Origin: Pyrodictiaceae archaeon
GTDB lineage: Archaea > Thermoproteota > Thermoprotei_A > Sulfolobales > Pyrodictiaceae
DNA: 64,000 nt
NCBI GenBank assembly: GCA_027036135.1
Contig: JALVSY010000007.1
Location: 644,880 to 708,879, forward strand
Direction: 5' to 3'
Part shown: positions 58,211-64,000 of the stretch, piece after piece
Layout: each line of letters opens with the position of its first letter
Numbering within the stretch: the stretch's first letter is position 1
Notes under the pieces: model-generated
Told to the model about the DNA's origin: nothing
Databases searched by the model: none
The model's input: the letters and a program-made list of their open reading frames with translations, nothing else
Position numbers and translations under genes: made by a program

Positions 58211-59299
58211 TTGTGTATGGGCTTAGAGGGTATTAGGCCCCGGGTTAGTGTCGAGCTTGTGGCTAGTAACGGTGTTGTTGTACTTGATGAGGTTAGTGGT
58301 AAGCTTCTCTTGCTTATTGAGCGGTGCGGCTCTATTCTTTGTGCTGCTCGTAGCCTAGGTATTGCTTATTCCCGTGCATGGGACCGGATTAGTAGGGCTG
58401 AGAGGCTGCTTGATGCGAGGATTGTTGAGGCTCGGAGGGGTGGTAGGGGTGGCGGCGGTGCAAGGCTCACCGAGGCGGGCCGCGAGTTGTTGATGCTTTT
58501 CCTTGAGGCTTATCGCAGGGTTCACGGCGCTGACCCGGTCGTTGATATTGCTCCTGGCCGCGGAATGGATGCAGGGTTTTTGCTATATGCTGGTAGTAAT
58601 GATCCGTTGCTGCAACGTGTTATCGGTGTTCTCCGCGAGGAAGGTATACTCATCGAGGCTCACTGGATTGGCTCCCTTAATGGCCTTGCCTCTGTATTGC
58701 TCGGGGAAGCCGATATTGCTGGTATTCACCTCGTTGATAGGGAGACTGGTGAGTATAATGTCCATGTTGTTGGGGCCCTGGCTAGGAGTACTGATATAGT
58801 GCTTGTTAGGGGTTATAGGAGGCTCCAGGGCTTCGTTACTCGTCGCCCAATGAGCCTAGAGGAGATTGTTGAGGGTCTTCTGCGCAGCAGGCTCCGCCTA
58901 GTTAACCGCGAGGAGGGTACTGGTAGCCGTGTCCTCCTCGAGCACGTCCTAAGCGAGTGGGCCGGGAGGCTGGGGATTAGTGGAGAGCTATCCAGGATTG
59001 TGAAGGGATGGAACAATGTCGCTAAGACACATGTCGAGGTTGCTGAGCGCGTAGCGAGGGGAGAGGCAGACGTAGGGCTTGCGGTTAAGGCTGCTGCTAG
59101 TCTCTACGGTCTCGAGTTCACCCCAGTCACGTGGGAGAGCTTCGACTTCGTTGCAAGGAGGCAAAGCCTCTCAAAGAAGCCGCTACGGGAGTTCATCGAG
59201 TATCTCTGTAGCGAGGAGTTCCGGGAGCTTCTGGAGAGCATTCCTGGGTACGAGTATTGCAACGAAACATGCAGAGTCATACAAGGTGCAGATAAATGA
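58211..59299 (+). CDS. ModE-like HTH plus periplasmic-binding-fold regulator
   Basis: GSILCAARSLGIAYSRAW, RGGRGGGGARLT, GSND, NREEGTGSR. Confidence 0.88.
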   Translation: MCMGLEGIRPRVSVELVASNGVVVLDEVSGKLLLLIERCGSILCAARSLGIAYSRAWDRISRAERLLDARIVEARRGGRGGGGARLTEAGRELLMLFLEAYRRVHGADPVVDIAPGRGMDAGFLLYAGSNDPLLQRVIGVLREEGILIEAHWIGSLNGLASVLLGEADIAGIHLVDRETGEYNVHVVGALARSTDIVLVRGYRRLQGFVTRRPMSLEEIVEGLLRSRLRLVNREEGTGSRVLLEHVLSEWAGRLGISGELSRIVKGWNNVAKTHVEVAERVARGEADVGLAVKAAASLYGLEFTPVTWESFDFVARRQSLSKKPLREFIEYLCSEEFRELLESIPGYEYCNETCRVIQGADK

Positions 59300-59327
59300 C
59301 TACTAGTAGTTGACATCACTGAACTGA

Positions 59328-59343
59328 TATCCGGTACCGGATA
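59328..59343. promoter_or_regulatory. 16-bp perfect palindrome TATCCGGTACCGGATA just upstream of the wtpA promoter
   Basis: Perfect inverted repeat followed by TATA-like CTTAAAA. Confidence 0.55.
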
Positions 59344-59387
59344 ACGCTTAAAATATCGTCTTGTAATACTTTACACCGGCGATATAG

Positions 59388-60461
59388 ATGAACAAGATCG
59401 TATACATCGCCCTCGGGATTATTCTCATAGCCCTCTTGGTAACTGGGCTACATACATACCTAGGTCATTCCCAAAGCAACAAAGAGAAAACAACTACTAT
59501 AACGGTTTGCAATGCCGGCTCCCTAACTATACCATTACAAGAGCTTGCAAAGAATTTTGAAAATAAGTATGGAATAAGAGTACTGATAGAGCCTAGTGGC
59601 AGCGTCGAAGCAGTTAGGAAGGTGACAGATTTCGGCATAAATTGCGATGTTGTAGCGGTCTCTGATTATAGGCTCATACCACGCTTCATGGTTCCTAAGT
59701 ATGCTAAATGGTATATAGCTTTTGCAAGTAACAGCATAGTAGTGGCTTACACGAGCCATTCAAAATACGCAGACGTTATTTCTAGACTAAAAAACCCTCT
59801 TGCTATATTTAGCATACTATCCAAAACTACTAGTATAAGATATGGCTTTTCGAATCCCAACATGGATCCATGTGGCTACAGGGCGGTTGGTGTAATAGGT
59901 CTCGCTTCTCTCTTATTACACAACATCAGTATATTGAAAGACCTCGTCATAGACAAGATCCCCGGATCGAGCTATAAGATAATCAACGGTACCCTTCATA
60001 TATATATACCAGCCAACATAGAGCCACAAGGAAACCTCGTTATGAGGCCAAAGGAGGTTGACCTTGTCTCATTGCTTGAGAGCGGGGCAGTTGATTATGC
60101 CTTCGAATACCAGAGTATTGCTATACAACACGGGTTAAGGTACATAAAGCTACCTCCTGCAATAAATCTTGCAGACCCAGATATGGCGTCGGAGTACTCC
60201 AAGGTTATAGTCCACATACTTGTTGGCACAAACGATGAGAAAGCTATAAGAATGGCCCCAATAATATACGGAGTTACCGTTCCTCTTAACGCTAAACACA
60301 GAGTAGCTGCCCTACTTTTCGTTAAATACTTGTTAGAGTACGGCAGAGAGGTGTTTAGCAAGAATGGGCAACCCTTCCTCCTCAATCCAATAGGCTACGG
60401 AAAAGTACCGGAGGAGCTAAGGGGACTTGTCAAGCCTGCAAAGGAGTCTACGAAGAGCTGA
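59388..60461 (+). CDS. wtpA: Tungstate/molybdate ABC substrate-binding protein
   Basis: AGSL, SGSVEAVRK, DPCGYR, DYAFEY, PIIYGVT. Confidence 0.92.
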   Translation: MNKIVYIALGIILIALLVTGLHTYLGHSQSNKEKTTTITVCNAGSLTIPLQELAKNFENKYGIRVLIEPSGSVEAVRKVTDFGINCDVVAVSDYRLIPRFMVPKYAKWYIAFASNSIVVAYTSHSKYADVISRLKNPLAIFSILSKTTSIRYGFSNPNMDPCGYRAVGVIGLASLLLHNISILKDLVIDKIPGSSYKIINGTLHIYIPANIEPQGNLVMRPKEVDLVSLLESGAVDYAFEYQSIAIQHGLRYIKLPPAINLADPDMASEYSKVIVHILVGTNDEKAIRMAPIIYGVTVPLNAKHRVAALLFVKYLLEYGREVFSKNGQPFLLNPIGYGKVPEELRGLVKPAKESTKS

Positions 60462-61230
60462 GCCGTCTCTTATCTCTCTCTATGCTATATCGTCTTTTCT
60501 TATCTTATTTCTAGTCCTACCACTTATTTCCCTCTATATGATGTTTAGCCCAAGGGTTGCTGAGAAAATCTTCTCCTCACCTGAAATGACAAAGCAGGTT
60601 AGGGATGCATTCATAACATCTATCACAGCATCCCTAATAGCTGTCGCTATACTGACACTCCTAGGCGTCCCACTTGCCTATATTCTTGCACGCCACGATT
60701 TCCGAGGCAAGGGCCTCATAGAGACCATCATAGATGTACCGTTCGTAATGCCCCATGCTGTAGCCGGAATAATGATATTAGCAGCTTATAGTCATAGGGG
60801 CGTGTTTGGCTCACTTACATCCTCTATCGGGCTACGGATACAAGACGCTTTTGCCGGGATAGTCGCCGTCATGATATTTGTCTCGGCACCTATTCTCGTG
60901 GATACCGTCAAGGCAGGCATAGCTTCTATTGACCCAATGCTGGAGGCTGTAGCAAGATCTCTTGGAGCTAGCCCTTTACGGGCATTTATAGACATTATTG
61001 TCCCCATGACGTTACGCCACATAATAGCTGGTATTATTCTAGCATGGGCTAGGGCGTTAAGCGAGGTCGGTGCGCTACTCATAGTAGCATATTATCCTAT
61101 GACCATAAACATCCTTATAATAGAGTATATGAATATCTATGGACTTAGCTATGCCGTAGTATTATCAGTACTCTTTGCCTCGCTCGCCATAGCGTTATTC
61201 GCCTCCCTCCGAGCGGTGATAAAGAAATGA
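60427..61230 (+). CDS. wtpB: Tungstate ABC permease
   Basis: PLAYILAR, PHAVAG, EAVARSLGA, WARALSEVG. Confidence 0.88.
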   Translation: MSSLQRSLRRAEPSLISLYAISSFLILFLVLPLISLYMMFSPRVAEKIFSSPEMTKQVRDAFITSITASLIAVAILTLLGVPLAYILARHDFRGKGLIETIIDVPFVMPHAVAGIMILAAYSHRGVFGSLTSSIGLRIQDAFAGIVAVMIFVSAPILVDTVKAGIASIDPMLEAVARSLGASPLRAFIDIIVPMTLRHIIAGIILAWARALSEVGALLIVAYYPMTINILIIEYMNIYGLSYAVVLSVLFASLAIALFASLRAVIKK

Positions 61231-61946
61231 TAGAGATCCGAGGCCTACTGGTAAGGCTAGGGGACTTCACGCTCAGCATAGAGAAGTTATTAGTGAAGCA
61301 AGGCGAATACATGGTTGTTCTAGGCCCTAGCGGTGTCGGGAAAACTATTCTCCTACTAACACTGGCCGGGCTCATCACGCCCGAGAAGGGAAGCGTACTC
61401 ATCAACGGCGTAGACGTGACCCATGATCCCCCAGAGAGGCGGGGAGTAGCACTCGTACCCCAAGGCTACGCGTTGTTCCCCCACATGAATGTCTATGACA
61501 ACATTGCTTACGGGCTACGTGTCCGCGGAGCCCCGGAACAGGAGGTTAGAGAAAAAGTCAGAGAGATAGCGGAGAGGCTCGGCATAACCCACCTGCTCAG
61601 CAGAAAACCACGTACCCTCAGCGGGGGTGAACAGCAAAGAGTAGCACTCGCAAGAGCCCTGGTCGTTGAGCCAGAGCTTCTCCTACTAGACGAGCCCTTA
61701 AGCGCACTCGATCCCCGGCTCAGAATCAGCGCAATAAAGCTACTAAAGAGGCTCCACCGCGAGCTAGGCTTCACCGCGATACACGTGACACATAACCTAG
61801 CCGAGGCCCTCTCGCTCGCAACCCGAATAGCATATATGGAGAAGGGTCGCCTAATCGGGGTCTACGAGCCACGCGAATTCGTAGAGACAAAACATGCTAC
61901 CCCGTACCTAGAGGAGTACCGTGCTCTGAGACAATTCCTGGAATAA
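61227..61946 (+). CDS. wtpC: Tungstate ABC ATPase
   Basis: GPSGVGKT, LSGGEQQR, LDEP, HVTH. Confidence 0.88.
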   Translation: MIEIRGLLVRLGDFTLSIEKLLVKQGEYMVVLGPSGVGKTILLLTLAGLITPEKGSVLINGVDVTHDPPERRGVALVPQGYALFPHMNVYDNIAYGLRVRGAPEQEVREKVREIAERLGITHLLSRKPRTLSGGEQQRVALARALVVEPELLLLDEPLSALDPRLRISAIKLLKRLHRELGFTAIHVTHNLAEALSLATRIAYMEKGRLIGVYEPREFVETKHATPYLEEYRALRQFLE

Positions 61947-62282
61947 CTCTCGCCTATCCAGGGGACTAAAGAACAGGATAATTAACCCATTAGACACTAA
62001 TAACCAAGAATCCGGGAAGGGCCTCCACTCATAAGGGGCATATTTATCGAGAAGAACGTTTCGGCGAGAAAATAATTAGGAATAATCATGACTATGTGTT
62101 CAGGGCCGAGAAACAATGAATCTATTGAGGAATTCGAGAAGGCTAGTCATAGATGAATATATTAGGTTAATGGAGGAGCTGGGAGAGCCTAGTGTAGAGG
62201 AAGTAGAAGAGGCTACTAGGGAGGCTTCTTGGGCAAAGCTAGAGAAGGCCCGGCAACACAGCGATAGAACCCGGATGATTGA

Positions 62283-62843
62283 TTAGGCTCGGTAGACGTA
62301 GATTCCTCGGTGCATTATTCTTAGCTCTGCTGTGGCTAGGTGGCCTTTGTCTCCTTCTGCTGGGTAGTCTAGACTAAGCACTATTAATCCGAGCCCCTTG
62401 AGCGCTTCTAGGAGCTTGGCCACTGCTCTTGGTAGGAGGTAGGCGTAGGCGACGCTTGCCCGGCGGGGCCTAAAGCTCGCGAGGTCTCCTTGCACCACGT
62501 CGACTAGGAGGCTCTTGGTGTTCTTGTGCGCCATTTTTGCGAGGTCAGCATCTAGTTCTAGGCAGATAGCGTAGTACCCCTTCCCCGCGACCCTCCTCGT
62601 TATGCGGGCTGTGCCGCACCCAGGCTCGTAGAAGACCACATAGCGGTTGCTTACTCGGCTTCTCTCGAGAAAGGTTTCTAGGAGCTGGCTCAAGGGCTCC
62701 TCTATGTACTCCTGCGTAGGCACAAAAGGAGATAGGGAGCCGCCAACGCTCTCAACAGTATAGAAAGCGTCGTAGAGAAGCTGGATAGTTCTACCAAGCT
62801 CCTCTGCGTCAAGCTTTTCACCTCTTAGATCCCTACCGCGCAT
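62283..62843 (-). CDS. Class I SAM-dependent methyltransferase
   Basis: SPFVPT, YEPGCGTA, AYLLP. Confidence 0.8.
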   Translation of the reverse strand: MRGRDLRGEKLDAEELGRTIQLLYDAFYTVESVGGSLSPFVPTQEYIEEPLSQLLETFLERSRVSNRYVVFYEPGCGTARITRRVAGKGYYAICLELDADLAKMAHKNTKSLLVDVVQGDLASFRPRRASVAYAYLLPRAVAKLLEALKGLGLIVLSLDYPAEGDKGHLATAELRIMHRGIYVYRA

Positions 62844-62876
62844 ATTGCCCCTTGTATTATCTATTTGCTGGTTAAT

Positions 62877-63779
62877 CTAGGTTATTTTTAAATGCTCTAT
62901 ACCAAATGTGTGGCCAAGCACTTGACCGAAGAGAAAACTAGCAGCAGCAGTGCCTATCAATAATGATGTGCTTTCCGCGAATTCTCTAACAAAGTTCTTT
63001 CCCTGAATCACGGCGCTATAGAACGTAAAGAGACCTGCGAGCACAAGAGCACCGGACAGCGATGTAGTAAAAGCTATAAGCATTGAATTGATGAGGAAAT
63101 AGGGCAATGCCAGAATTACTACGGACGCGATATATGATATTCCTGTTATTAGTGCGCTCGTCGACGGCTTGACTTGAGAACCATGCTTAGCCTGCAAATA
63201 TGCTGCCCCAGCCATGGATAGTGCAGCGGAGAGCCCTACGACTAAGCCAGCTATACCAGCCATTATTGTATCGCTGGTTGCCCCGAGAAACCCGGCGTGT
63301 ACACCAGTTATTTCAACAATGGCGTCAGCAAGGCCTAAGGCTATATATCCCATATATTCCATTCTTACATCGCTTAGTCGATTCAGCAGGTAGCGCTCCT
63401 GTTTTTCTTCCTCTCTGATAATTTTTTCTAGAACCTCCCTATCCTTACCATCTAGGTGGCGAAGAACTTCCTTATATAAACTTACTAATTTTTCCTTTTC
63501 CCTCTCTATTATAGCTAGTATAAACGCGGGCCCAAATATTTTGTACAAAAGCTTGAGCAGGAGAAGCTTAGCATCATATGAGCCACATTTATCGCCTAGA
63601 AACCTAGACCAAAACTCAATATATTTCCTCTCCTGTTCTGCTAGCTTTTTTAACATCGTTTTTAACTCTTCATCAGCGATACGTTCCGATAGGAATTTAT
63701 AAGCCTCATAGGCTATAGTCTCCTTGCTACAAAAATCCCTAACCATATGTATCCAAGCCTTGGAAGGCATATTTTGCAC
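62877..63779 (-). CDS. Rubrerythrin-like domain fused to VIT1/CCC1 membrane domain
   Basis: Ferritin-like N-terminus, then LGLADAIVE and AALSMAG. Confidence 0.85.
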   Translation of the reverse strand: MQNMPSKAWIHMVRDFCSKETIAYEAYKFLSERIADEELKTMLKKLAEQERKYIEFWSRFLGDKCGSYDAKLLLLKLLYKIFGPAFILAIIEREKEKLVSLYKEVLRHLDGKDREVLEKIIREEEKQERYLLNRLSDVRMEYMGYIALGLADAIVEITGVHAGFLGATSDTIMAGIAGLVVGLSAALSMAGAAYLQAKHGSQVKPSTSALITGISYIASVVILALPYFLINSMLIAFTTSLSGALVLAGLFTFYSAVIQGKNFVREFAESTSLLIGTAAASFLFGQVLGHTFGIEHLKIT

Positions 63780-63922
63780 CCCTATAGCATTACCCTTACT
63801 AACTAGAAATAATTTCTAATCGAAATCATATCTATTTTAATAAATGAACCCGTTGACAATAGATTGCCTAGTCACTTAAAAATCTCCGCTCCTAGAGAAG
63901 GACTCGCGAGGAAAGAGTAGCT

Positions 63923-64000
63923 ATGCGTATTCCTCTTTGGCTCGAGATGAGTAATAGGAGAGTGCTAGTAGTTGGCGGAGGAAACGTTGGTACACGTAGA
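63923..64000 (+). CDS. Precorrin-2 dehydrogenase/ferrochelatase (SirC/Met8-like), 5' end
   Basis: MRIPLWLEMSNRRVLVVGGGNVGTRR, typical CysG N-terminal Rossmann start. Confidence 0.8.
   Translation, partial: MRIPLWLEMSNRRVLVVGGGNVGTRR

Noticed and set aside
62116-62286. 56-aa ORF resembling an antitoxin C-terminus
   Set aside because: No RBS, no DNA-binding domain and no partner; at most a remnant.
1-64000. CRISPR arrays, tRNA/rRNA genes, transposases, integrases
   Set aside because: None recognised by eye; intergenic gaps are short and show no periodic repeats or cloverleafs.

Overview
Chromosomal window from a hyperthermophilic crenarchaeon. Gene content, GGAGG/GGTG ribosome-binding sites, frequent GTG/TTG starts and abundant CTAG suggest Desulfurococcales/Pyrodictiaceae (inference). 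Main gene blocks in order: pyrB (partial) and pyrE; a frameshifted archaeal ATPase; an AT-rich TusA-like/CCG Fe-S protein/thioredoxin/NarI-like module; an 11-subunit complex I-like nuo cluster with nuoC inverted and no nuoEFG; gcvH, trxB and DtxR-FeoA/feoB; a cobamide salvage and uptake cluster; trpB2 with a SerK-like kinase; glpA; a decaying Ni/Co ECF operon; queDE; a toxin-antitoxin cluster; a ModE-like regulator with wtpABC; and the start of a sirC-like gene. Signals missed by the ORF track include a clear C/D box sRNA with two predicted 23S targets and a second C/D candidate, a non-canonical (ACA-less) H/ACA-like guide with a predicted 16S target, and a K-turn-closed RNA with alternative pairing upstream of queDE. 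Also missed are two tiny charged-peptide genes flanking an HTH-PRTase regulator, apparent CTG starts, an exact 121-bp duplication of internal pyrE, and two candidate operators. No CRISPR array, tRNA, rRNA or transposase was seen. rRNA target matches rely on recalled crenarchaeal sequences and need checking.
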